A DNA stretch of 64,000 bases from Felis catus (Eukaryota), in the NCBI RefSeq assembly GCF_018350175.1, contig NC_058383.1:29266001-29330000 (forward strand), given 5' to 3'. Shown here one piece after another: positions 36,839 through 47,489 of this stretch. The notes beneath the pieces were generated by a model. It did no database searches. It had not been told where the DNA came from and saw nothing but the letters and a program-made list of their open reading frames with translations. The position numbers and the translations under genes are program-made. Position 1 is the first letter of the stretch. The number at the start of each line of letters is the position of its first letter.

Positions 36839-39249
36839 TGAGACACAAAAAATGCAAAATTGCTGAGATATCAAACGTTTCCCGATCGGCTACAATACTG
36901 CCACTATGTACAAAAGATCTGACGATCAGTGTGCACACATATAAAAATACAGTATGCGTTGCCTATGTACAGGACATGTGCAAAATGTATGGCGTTCAGA
37001 CATGATACGGAATTGATTTCAGGGGTGCAAACAGCAAATACAAAGGCATCATGGTTTTTCTTTTAAAAAACAACATAAAGGCAGTACATGAATGGACCCC
37101 CCGATTGCCATAATTTTTTTATTAGGCTAGTGCTTTAGTAAGCGGGGCTCTGTAGATGGGTATCTTTCTCCTTGTTTTCATAAAGTGAGATGCTAAGACA
37201 TGATGTGACAATGAAAATAAGAAGAGAAACACCTATCACGCTGTGTTTCTACTGCAAGCAAGAAAAAAAGGAAACTAACCTGTACTTAGGAAGAAACTCT
37301 GTATTACTACTAAATATGCATTCTTCTGAAACCAACAAAACAAATCTATACTATTTTACATGAAAACAACAGAGAAATATCTACATCTTTGTGAAAACTA
37401 TAACCTTAAATGGATAATACCTTTTTGGGACTGATTCTTGAGAGCTCGTTAGTCTCAAATTTTAAATAAAAAGTGCCTCCTTTTGGCAAATACTTGGCAA
37501 TGCCTTTGGTTCCTTTAAAGCGAGTTTGCATTACTACTGGTTACTTGAGGTTAAGTACTTTTGGTAGATACTAAACCCTTCCCTAAATGCTCCCTCTTCC
37601 TACCAAGTTAGCAAGTCTCCTTACAGCATCATGAAGAGAGGTAACTGTTACAAGTCTCGGTGATTCTGTGAACTGGGTTAAAGCTTTGTCTTAGTAGTTG
37701 GCACAAAGCTCTGTTCAACACAACAGCTGTGCTGATAATCGCCAGTGGCCTGTTTTGATTCCAGACAGCACCTTTGGTCTGAGACCGCCATCCTCGTGTC
37801 ACAGAATTGTGACCTTTCTGGCTGGTAACTAGCAGAGCAGTGTGTAGTGGGGGGGCGGGGGGGGGGGCGATGAGCACTCTGTAAACGTGCAGCTTTATGA
37901 AGCGTGGGCTTCGAATCAGCTCTGCAGGCAGGTTGGCCAGGGGGAGTGAGTGGGGAAGACACAGACCCCTCTTGGGTGTCATGCGGGCAGTCACTTCACA
38001 CATGAGAAAGGCAGCCCGGACGGACGGTGAGTGAGCGAGGGTGGGGACCAGGACAGAGAATTACTGCTTCTGGTGATTTTCCAGTTTTGACTGAAACCAC
38101 TCAGAGGATGAGCTGATGCGCAGGTAGGATGCTCTCCCAATCCGCATCTCTGCCCTTGTAAGCTGTGCTCCCTGATAAACCTGACCTTCCACTTAATGTT
38201 CTTTGACGGTGTGGGCTGCGTGGCCTCCAGGGTGGTGGACAGTTTGTGTGGTAGCCGGCTCTGGCGCCAGGAGCCAGCCTGCACACGTCGGCAGGGCCGG
38301 ATGGCGGAAAATGGAGGGTTACTTGTGGATCTGGATAAACGGCCTGTGTTGCTCTGTTGGTAGACACTGGACAGCTGTTCTCCCCGAACTTCTCTTAACA
38401 AGTCCCTGGTGGTGCCACAGGCTCCCCCCGCCCCCGCCCGCCCCAGCCTCCCCCTGCCCCACCGCAGGCAGGAGCCCGATGAGGCCAGGCGGGCCCACTG
38501 CCCTCACCGCTTCTCTGTGGCCCAGTGTGTTGGCAGACTAGAGGGACTGTCCCATCACTTGCGGGGACGGCTGCTTGGCCAGCTCCTGTGGCTGCTTTCC
38601 GCCTGGGAATTCTGAAAGGGCTCTGAAGAGAGCCGTGTGGCCTGGAATGATTGGGGTTGAAAGGGCAGAGGAAGCCTGAGTCGACTTTGGTGACAGGATG
38701 GGCAACACGCCGCCGATACGCTGACTGCACAGTTCCGTGGCGCTATCTTATTACCATGACTTTGCTTTCAGGAGGCGGCAGCTGGGAGGCAACACCAGGC
38801 TACCTTCGCCCCTGTTCCAAAACCGCACCTCCTCCAGCCTCAGTTACGTGGGTCACAGAACCGTGCAGTTTAGAAAGGGAACTGAAATGAGATCTCTCTA
38901 GTGCTATAAAAATAGTCCTATGAAACACCAAGCATCCGAGCAAGAAATCCCACGAATTGAGACCGTGTCTTTGTCCAAATAGGTGGCAAATACTGTACAG
39001 TAGATTGCACGATTCAGGAGAATGCTAGAACGTGAACCACCAACGACCCGCCTGCAGCGGCTCCCTAGACGCGCTTTGCGGAGATGGACAAGGTGCCCAC
39101 GTGCCCCTGGGCTTCCAAAGGCTGGAGACGCTTCGGTGTCACTTTCTGTTCGTCCGGCCGCCCAGTGACGTGACCAAGAAAGAACTGCGTACACTAGAAA
39201 GGCAAGCTTGGTTCTGTCGTGTTTCAGGAACATTTAGGGAAGGAAGCGT

Positions 39250-40210
39250 GGATGTGAGGAAACGCGTACGTCCCGGAGCCGGCCGTTTCCTTGGCCAATG
39301 GCAGTCTGCAGGACGACGCATGACGCACGACGCTGCGCACGACGTCTACGCTACAGGCGTTCACACCGAACGTCCGCCGCCCCCCTGCCCTGGGCTTCGA
39401 TGGCCGTGAGACTCCCCCCCCCCCCCCCCAGTAGTAGTCCAGTAACAGTAGTCCTCTGGACTGCACAGCCTTCCCGTCGCGCTTCGCATCGCGTCCACAG
39501 ACTCAGGTCAGGGGCCTCGTTTCCGTGTCCTCTTTGGTCTCCTCACACGCGGCCCACGTTCCGTGTCCTCCCTCTAACGTAGAACGTGGAGCGGGGACCC
39601 CGGGCGGCCGCCCCCACGGCACGGACGCCGGGCTCGCCGCCCTGGCCGGGCCCCGAAGGAATGGTGCGAGCGGGAGGCCGGCGGAGCCCCGAACGGGAGC
39701 CTCCTCGCCTTCCCTTCCGAGGAAGCCCTGCACGTGACGGCGAGAACGCACGTGTGAAGCGGGCACCTTCGCGGTGCGTGGCGGGCAGAGAGCAGGCTGG
39801 GGAGACGGCCTTCTCCGCGCCGCCGCGGCTGTATTTCGGAGAGCGGCCTTCCTGGGGCGTGTTTCAAACCCTGTTTGAGGAGAGCGAAGAGGCTGCTGAG
39901 GGCTGGGACACCCCGTGTGCGCGCGGCTCAGGGTGACGGAAGCGGGGGGCGGGCGGCGGGGCCGGGGCACAAGGTGGCGCCGCGGCACGAGGCGGCGCCA
40001 CCGTCCCCTGCAGTCCCACGATGCCGGGTGCCAACCTCGTAAGCCTCGTTTCAATCTGAGTGAAGCCCCGAGCCATTACCTCCCCTGAGAGGAGGAAGCG
40101 CCTGCCCGAGCGAACGGGCCCTCCGTCCCCAGAGGGCGGCTGGCGCCCTCGCCCTTGCTCACGGGTACATCCTGCTTCGAAGTTTCTAGATTGCATGCGC
40201 CGGCCTGCCA
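39250..40210. promoter_or_regulatory. CpG-island-like tract inside the MRTFB 3'UTR
   Basis: Dense CpG and high GC (e.g. 39590-40010), flanked by AT-rich UTR sequence. Confidence 0.75.
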
Positions 40211-42003
40211 GTTCCTCGCCATCTCAACTACTCACTCAGACCACACTGAGCATAACCGTTTCTGCCTCGAACCACTCAGAAGTGCTTTCAACTTGGGAAG
40301 TGCCACCTCACAGAGGGCTGCAGTGTGCGGGGCGACCGGATACGGGAAAAACAAACTTTCCTTGCAGGTAGTAAGATCGAGAAACCAAAATAAAAATCTG
40401 AAAGGAGGTCGGCTCTGCGGCAGAACGCAAACCCGGCAGTGACTCCCCAGTTCTTTCCAGACAGTGGGTCAGGCTGGCTCTTCCCCCGTCACTGTGGGGA
40501 TATCACCACCTCACGACCCAGAGAGATCAACCTGACCCTCGGGTTCACACAAAGCGAGGCGTAGAGCATGACAATGGTATTTAACAAACACCTTCACGCT
40601 TTTTGGTAGATTGCAGGGTTTTTCTTCAGTTATTTACATTTTATCGTCTACTTAAATGACTAGCTTGACCTAATTTTGGAAGTCCTGTGATCGTTGGCAT
40701 TTTAGAAAACTCTTCGGAAACTACTCAACAAACGTGACAACTTCTACGTAAAAAAAAACTACTAAAACCTCCAGTTTTTCAATCTTCGGCCTGATAATAT
40801 AGCGAGAACTCGGGTATGACATCCAGTTACAAGCCTATAAAATGACAGGCAGGGAAAAGCGACAGGAGAGGCGGCCAGAGCTGGGGCCTGGCGGCCAGCC
40901 TGGTGAGAGTGTAACTCGGAGCCGCGGCAGGAATGTCCCGGCTGACCACAGCCTTCTCCCCTGCCCTCTCTTTGCAACTCACCAGCTCAGGAGGACCGTT
41001 CACACTGGAGCCTCCTGGGTTCTTTGAGATGGGTCTGGTTACCTGAAATCAGTCAGCTTTTCTTTAAATACAGAAATACACATGGCTCAAGTACTCTAGA
41101 AATATTCGAGTTATTAAAACAAGTAGAACCGCTGGCTGCCCACTCCCTTACCCCAGTGTAGGCTGTACATACCACATGTGAGAGTGTACATACAAGTGTC
41201 TAATATACACATGAAAATCAATCTGATCAACCCTGAGGGCTGCTAATAGAATTTTCAGTGTTATCATTCATTATATGTGGACTTTGTACAGTGGTTTATG
41301 ACCGTTTTTTTGTTTTTTGTTTTTTGTTTTACATTGTCTGGTGATGGTGAAAGATCATCCATTTGAATTGAAATTTGGGAATCTAAAGTAAGATTCCCCA
41401 AACCACAAAATAAACTACAACACACAAAAAATTATGTTGGTTTCTGAATGGAACCGAAAATCTTCAGCTGGAAGCTGTCCCGGAACTGGCTGCCGCTCTC
41501 TCTCCACTGCCTGTGCTGCCTGACCAGGCTCAGGCCATTTCTAGGAAACACCACGTGCAGTGACCTCTCACCTCCCTCAACTGGCATCCTCTTGTGAGTG
41601 GAGCCGTCTGCCTTCTATTTGGGGTCTTAAAGTGACCACAGAGATTTAAATGTAGTTGACGGAGAACCCTCATGTAGTTATCCTGCACACGTCACTCTCT
41701 GTCATGTCTTTATCTAAAGGTACTCTGCATTCTTTACTGAAGTCTGGAAAAACGAATGAGTCTTCTTTGACCAGCGATTTTTTCAGAAGGCCCCGTGCTA
41801 TGTTAAATTGTAGAAATTCACCGCCGGATGCAATGACATGTTTTCACACTTGGTTTCCAGGCTGTGACCATCTAGCCACCCTTTCTATGACAACATATTT
41901 TAATTGCAACAACGCCACTATGGATCTGTCTCTAAAAACTGCCCTCTTCAGAACGATCTTCATCTTCTTAGACGTCAGGAACTCGGACGAGAAATCTGTG
42001 ATG

Positions 42004-42536
42004 TTAGTCCCATGGCAACGGCAGGTCTTGTGGATCTAGAAAGTCAGTGGAGAACATGCTGGGAGCGGTGGCGCTGAGGGGAGTGAGTCCCGACGTGTTG
42101 GGCATGGTAATGTCCAGCCACTCCATGTTGTCTAAGTTTGAGTCAGAGAGGTCAAGTGACAGACAGGGGGTACTTGCAGCAAACTGGGCTTCAGAAGTCT
42201 CCATGGGTGAGTGTGAATGGTCCAGCACACTTGAGTGACTCAGCAAGTCATTTTGGAGGTCCTCGATCAGAGAGAAGGGCTCTCTGTCTTCACTGCTGCT
42301 TTGCAGGGGAACAATTTCGTTGGCCGAAGGTAAAGTTCCATCCAAGAAAGCTTCTAGCTGGTTCTCTAAGCTGGCAGATAAACTGCTCAGGGGTTCTAAG
42401 GAGACGGGTGGTGCCATTTGGACTTGGGGCGGGGGCCGGGACACCACCGTGTTGACTGGCATTGTGGTGATGCTGGCTGTCACTGGTCTCATTTTGGAAA
42501 TGGGAGAAGGCTCTTCTTTTATAGGGAGGGAAATCT
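42004..42536 (-). CDS. MRTFB: MRTFB last coding exon (C-terminal transactivation domain): (E)ISLPIKEEPSPISKMRPVT...MEWLDITM...FSTDFLDPQDLPLPWD*
   Basis: Acceptor attattttacacag|AG, phase 1. ORF 42004..42492 matches the MRTFB C-terminus (LDNMEWLD, DFLD, LPWD). The stop TAA is at 42006-42004. Confidence 0.97.
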
Positions 42537-44257
42537 CTGTGTAAAATAATTGAAGTGATTAGTAAGTAAGGACGTGATACTATTCAAACATTTTTATGAA
42601 TTAGGACAGTTCTTTTGCTATTTTGTGAGGACTTCTACACAGTCCGTCTTAGGGGTAGGAAGAGAATGCTATTGGTCAGATAGAGTCCTTGATCACCTGT
42701 AGGATGATGGCTCTTTTTAGCTGAATAAACATTTTCAGGTTATAACATTCTGATATGCTTTCTAGTCTTGTTACTTAAGAGCAGTAAGCATGACAAGCAG
42801 TGATATGGCACCAGGGAGGAGCTGATGGTTACATTTATTTGATAATTTGATCTTTGGGTCCTGGTTCCCAGGTACTTCAGGCTTCGGACAGGGTTCATGT
42901 CTTGTCCGATACCATGGATCTGCCGTCACAGCAGCAACCACCCTTAAAGTGAACCTTAATGTCACAACTGTGTTCCCAGTTTGTGCAGCCATGAAGTACA
43001 TTCTTAATATCCTGAAAGCTCTAACTATATTCTTTTTCCTACTGTCATTATAGTTGAACTATATACGTTCTGTATAAAGTTCGAAAGAGATGCGATGCCC
43101 ACCATCTTTTATTTCTGAATTATAGCTAACACACGGCTCCTTGGACCCTCTTCTTTAAGATGGGTCACCTTTTCTGCCTTTTTTGTCTTGTTTTCTGAAT
43201 TTATACAAAATCTTGAAGATCTGGCAAATGTCTTAATAAGCACTAAATATGTGTTCCTCCTTGCTGGATCAAGTAGAAAATTAACACCATTTGCATTAGA
43301 TTGCAGTGTTGCTATAGATACATTTACTTGAATAAAGTATCTTTTTTTACTTTCTTAGGGTATCTGATTGGTTTTGTTCGTATGCAGACACGCCAGGAAG
43401 GGTGGATTTAGTAACAGCTGTGAGAGCTCAAAGGCCGGGATGCTTAATAAGGGAAAGAACCCACAGGCTGACTCCTGCTTGGGGACTGTCAACCGTGTGT
43501 GCTGACTGTGCAACTCTAGGACGGTCTGTGGTTTCTCACTTCCTGTAGTCGTCCCTAGAATTGTTCTGAAAGCTGACAGTGCGATCTCAGTAACCAGGCT
43601 CATAATCAACTATTTAAATCTCTGTTCTCATGATTACTGGCCGTGGTTTACAACAGGATAAAATAACATACTCATTGGATTCTTTGCCATTTAAAAAAAA
43701 AAAAATCATGCCTTGTAGGAAATAACTCATTTGATGACTTTGTCACATCTTAATTTCCAAATTTAGGCTGTAAAAATTATTCTTTCTAATCATATAAAAA
43801 AATATTTTCACCAGATTTGGCAAAAAAAACCCAAACAACAAACCATTAAAAATATCCTAAAATCATGGCCATGAAATGTCTATTTCTTTTATCTCCATGG
43901 TGTAGATATACAGTGAGTTTAAATTACTTTGTGATGCCAGTATAGTTCTTAGGAAAAGAAAAAAATCTATTTGCACAAGTAGAACTATAGTCAAACATCA
44001 AGAATTTCCTGTGTCTTCAAAACCAAATAGTTATGCTATTTAGGGATGTAAGCTGCTATGAATGGGGAAATTTTGATCCCTGTTTAAAAAAGTGATTAAA
44101 ACTCCTTTCACCAAGGTAATTTAAGAATACTTTATTCCCAAACAGTATTTGTTGAATTTTTAAAATACTGTTTTTTATATTTGTTTTGAAAGATAGGTTT
44201 GCGGAGGTTGAGATACCCTTGATTTCTTTTGTGTGTGGTTAATATCCCTTGTCTCTT

Positions 44258-44460
44258 TTTAAAAAAAATTTTTTTTAAGTTTATTTTGAGAGAGACAGAG
44301 ACAGCATGAGTGGGGGAGGGGGAGAGAGAGATGCCAAGCAGGCTTGGAGCTGTCAGCGCAGAGCCTGATGCAGGGCTCAGACTCACAAACTGTGAGATCA
44401 CAACCTGAGCCGAAGCCAAGAGTTGGACGCTTAACCAACTGAGTCACCTAGGTGGCCCCC
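44258..44460 (-). mobile_element. Can-SINE in the last MRTFB intron
   Basis: SINEC body; imperfect TSD CCCTT(G/A)TCTC(T/C)TTTAA. Confidence 0.88.
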
Positions 44461-44969
44461 CTTATCTCCTTTTAAGATGATACACTATAAAGTCTAAGAT
44501 TTTCAATTATATGTAGAAAGTGCTTCAAAATTGCCTTTGAATTCTAATAAAGTCACTACAGTCTGAGCTAGGTAACCCGTGGTTGTTACAGAATTCATGT
44601 GTGAAGTAAGTAGAGCACTTTTATCCCATCACAGTGACATACATAGGGAACATGTTTTAAAGTTTTTCAGTGTGGAATTTAAATTCGGCTCTCTTTTGCT
44701 ATTTTTGAGATGGTCTGTTATTTTCAAAAGGCAGAGATCTATGGATAAAACTAACATTACGTTATTGTTTTAAGCTGAAACAATGGTTTTTCCTCCATTT
44801 TATAAGTTTTAGTGTCCTAATTTAACAGATTTAAAACAGTAAATATAGTTGGAATTAGAAAAATATGTTTCTCGCTACTCAAAGATATGCCATGAGCTCT
44901 AAAGGAAAATATTCACAACCTTGTCATAAAAGGTGACTCTGGCGGGTTCTGAGGTGACTTGTAACCTAC

Positions 44970-45030
44970 CTCCACTCTTGATAAGTATATCAAAGAGGTC
45001 GTCCATCTGCTGACTGTGTGCACTGGAAAT
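44970..45030 (-). CDS. MRTFB: MRTFB penultimate coding exon, 61 nt: ISSAHSQQMDDLFDILIKSG(+G)
   Basis: Absent from the ORF track. Acceptor ttctttgttgtag|ATT and donor GGAG|gtagg. SQQMDDLFDILI is the conserved MRTF motif at the start of the transactivation domain. The phase-1 end matches the last exon. Confidence 0.95.
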
Positions 45031-45158
45031 CTACAACAAAGAATATAAATTAGCTTTCTTTCATGCGGACCCAGAAGCATTAACAGTTGGGAGCATTAAG
45101 GGACCCCTTTCCCCCATTCAGGCTTTCTCTCTCAAAAATATAGATTGAAAAAAAAAAA

Positions 45159-46233
45159 TAAACAGCTTCTGCACAGCTAAGGAAACAATCAACAAAACTA
45201 AAAGGCAATAGACAGAATGGGAAAAGATATTTGCAAATGACATACTGGACAAAGGGTTATTATCAAAAATCTATAAAGAACCTACCAACTCAACACCCGA
45301 AAAACAATCCAGTGAAGAAATGGGCAGAAGACATGAATAGACACTTTTCCAAAGTAGATGTCCACATGGCCAAGAGACACATGAAAGGATGCTCAACATC
45401 ACTCATCATCAGGAAAATACAAATCAAAACCACATTGAGATGCCATTCCACACCAGTGAGAGTGGCTAACAGTAACAACTCAGGAAACAACGGATGTTGG
45501 CGAGGATGCGGAAAAAGGGGAACCCTCTTGCACTATTGGTGGAAATGCAAACTGGTGTAGCCACTGTGGAAAACAGTGTGGAAGTTCCTCAGCAAATTAA
45601 AAATAGCATTACTCTGTGACCCAGCAATATCACCACCAGGAATTTATCCAAAGGATACAGGAGTGCTGACTCACAGGGGCACATGTACCCCAATGTTGAA
45701 AGGTGTACTATCAACAATAGCTCAGTTATGGAAAAAATGCAGATGTCCATCAGCTGATGAATGGATCAAGAAGATGTGGTATATATTTACAATGGAATGC
45801 CGCTTGGCGTTCAAAAAGAATGAACTCTTGCCATTTGCAACAACATGGATGGAACTTGAGGGGGTACTATGCTAAGTGCAGTAAGTTAGAGAAAGAAAAA
45901 TATCCTATGTTTTCACTCCTAGGTGGAATTTGAGAAACTTAATAGGAGACCATAGGGGAAGGGAAGGAAAAATAAGAAAAACAGACAGGGTGGCAAACCA
46001 TAAGAGACTCTTAAATACAGAGAAGAAACTGAGGGTTGATGGGGGTGGGGAGTTGGGGAGGGTGGGGAAAATGGGTGATGGGCATTGAGGAGGGCACTTG
46101 TTGGGATGAGCACTGGGTGTTGTATGTAAGTGATGAATCATGGGACTCTACTCTTGAGGCCAACCTACACTGTAACATACACTGTTACCCTGTAAGTTAG
46201 CTAAAGTGATAATAAATTATTAAAAAAAAAAAA
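45159..46233 (+). mobile_element. Carnivore L1 3' fragment (~1.1 kb), antisense in the MRTFB intron
   Basis: [17 protein letters not shown].. and FATTWMELEG, followed by 3'UTR and an A-tail. Confidence 0.9.
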
Positions 46234-46243
46234 GTATGCCTCT

Positions 46244-46898
46244 TCACACCAAGAAACAGACTCTGAACTATAGAAAACAAAAACTGATAGTTACCAGAAG
46301 AGAGGTGGGTGGATGATAGATTAAATAGGTGATGGGGATGAAGGAGGGCACTTGTGATGAGCACAGGGTAATGTACGAAGTGCTGAATTACTATACTGTA
46401 CACCTGAAACTGTATTTCACTGTATGTTAACTGGAACTTTTTTTTTGTTTGTTTTTGTTTTTTAATGTTTATTTATTTTCGAGACAGACAGAGTGTGAGC
46501 AGGGGAGGGGCACAGAGAGAAGGAGACACAGAATCCAAAGCAGGCTCCAGGCTCTGAGCTGTCAGCAACAGAGCCTGACATGGGGCTTGAACTCACGGAC
46601 CACGAGATCATGACCTGAACCGAAGTCAGACGTGTAACCGACTGAGCCACCCAGGCGCCCCTTATTTTTTTTTTTAATGTTGATTTGTTTCTGAGAGAGA
46701 GACAGGGAGACAGAGTCTGAAGCAGGCTCTGCAGTGACAGGATGTGGGGCTCAAACTCATGAACTGTGAGATCATGACTGAGCAGAAGTCAGTGACTTAA
46801 CCAACTGAGCCACCACCGAGGTGCCCCGCTAACTGGAATTTAAACAAAAACTAAGAAATTTTAGTTATTATCTTATTTTTATCAACCAAAAAAAAAAA
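46244..46898 (+). mobile_element. Short L1 3' end carrying two nested minus-strand Can-SINEs (~46438-46660, ~46665-46828)
   Basis: L1 3'UTR text flanked by the TSD (A)nGTATGCCTCT (ending 46243 and 46908). The SINE pair is flanked by the duplicated TAACTGGAA. Confidence 0.8.
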
Positions 46899-46913
46899 GT
46901 ATGCCTCTCACTG

Positions 46914-47170
46914 ATGTATACATTAGTTACGCATTGCTGTATTACACATTCTTCCAAGTTTACTGGCTTCAGATGCTATAGAGTTGTTATCTCCCATTTT
47001 CTGTGGGTCAGGAATTTAGGAATAGTTGAGGTGGGCAGTTCTGGTGAGGGCACCTCCATGGGTGTGCAGTCAACATGCTGGCCAGGCTACAGCCATCTTC
47101 CAGCTTGGCTGGAGAGTACTATTGTAAAGATGGTTCACTATATGACTAGCAGGTTGGTGCTGGTTGTTGA

Positions 47171-47231
<61 letters not shown>

Positions 47232-47420
47232 AGGTGCTCAGTTTCCCATTGCACGGGCCTCTCCAGAGTGCTGCAGGACTGTCCACATGACAGCTGGCTT
47301 TCCCCAGAGCCAGCATCCAAAAGAGAGCAGGCAAGGCAGGAGGAGGATGCCTTTTATGAACTAGTATCAGAAGTCAAACACCATGGCTTCAACCACTTGT
47401 ATTAGAAGTGAGTCACTTAG
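46914..47420 (-). mobile_element. MaLR LTR (MLT1-type) containing a poly-G run
   Basis: gttatctcccattttctgtgggtcaggaattta, cacatgacagctggctttccccagagc, ttttatgaactagtatcagaagtca. Confidence 0.7.
47172..47230. repeat. G59 homopolymer
   Basis: Read directly. Confidence 0.9.
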
Positions 47421-47489
47421 GGAGAAATGTCAAAAAAAAAAAAAAAAACAAAAACCCACAGAAATCTCTTGAAACCACTGCAGGGCGTT

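Larger units (their letters stand above)
36815..42003 (-). other. MRTFB: MRTFB 3'UTR (~5.2 kb; 3' end approximate)
   Basis: SINE/L1-free sequence follows the stop codon, with U/A-rich blocks, and ends at a canonical poly(A) signal. Confidence 0.75.

Noticed and set aside
39503..40196. 183-aa and neighbouring ORFs in the 3'UTR
   Set aside because: GC-rich artefact with a non-ATG start and no homology recognised.
46914..47405. Poly-Gly and poly-Pro ORFs
   Set aside because: Translation of the G59 run within an LTR.
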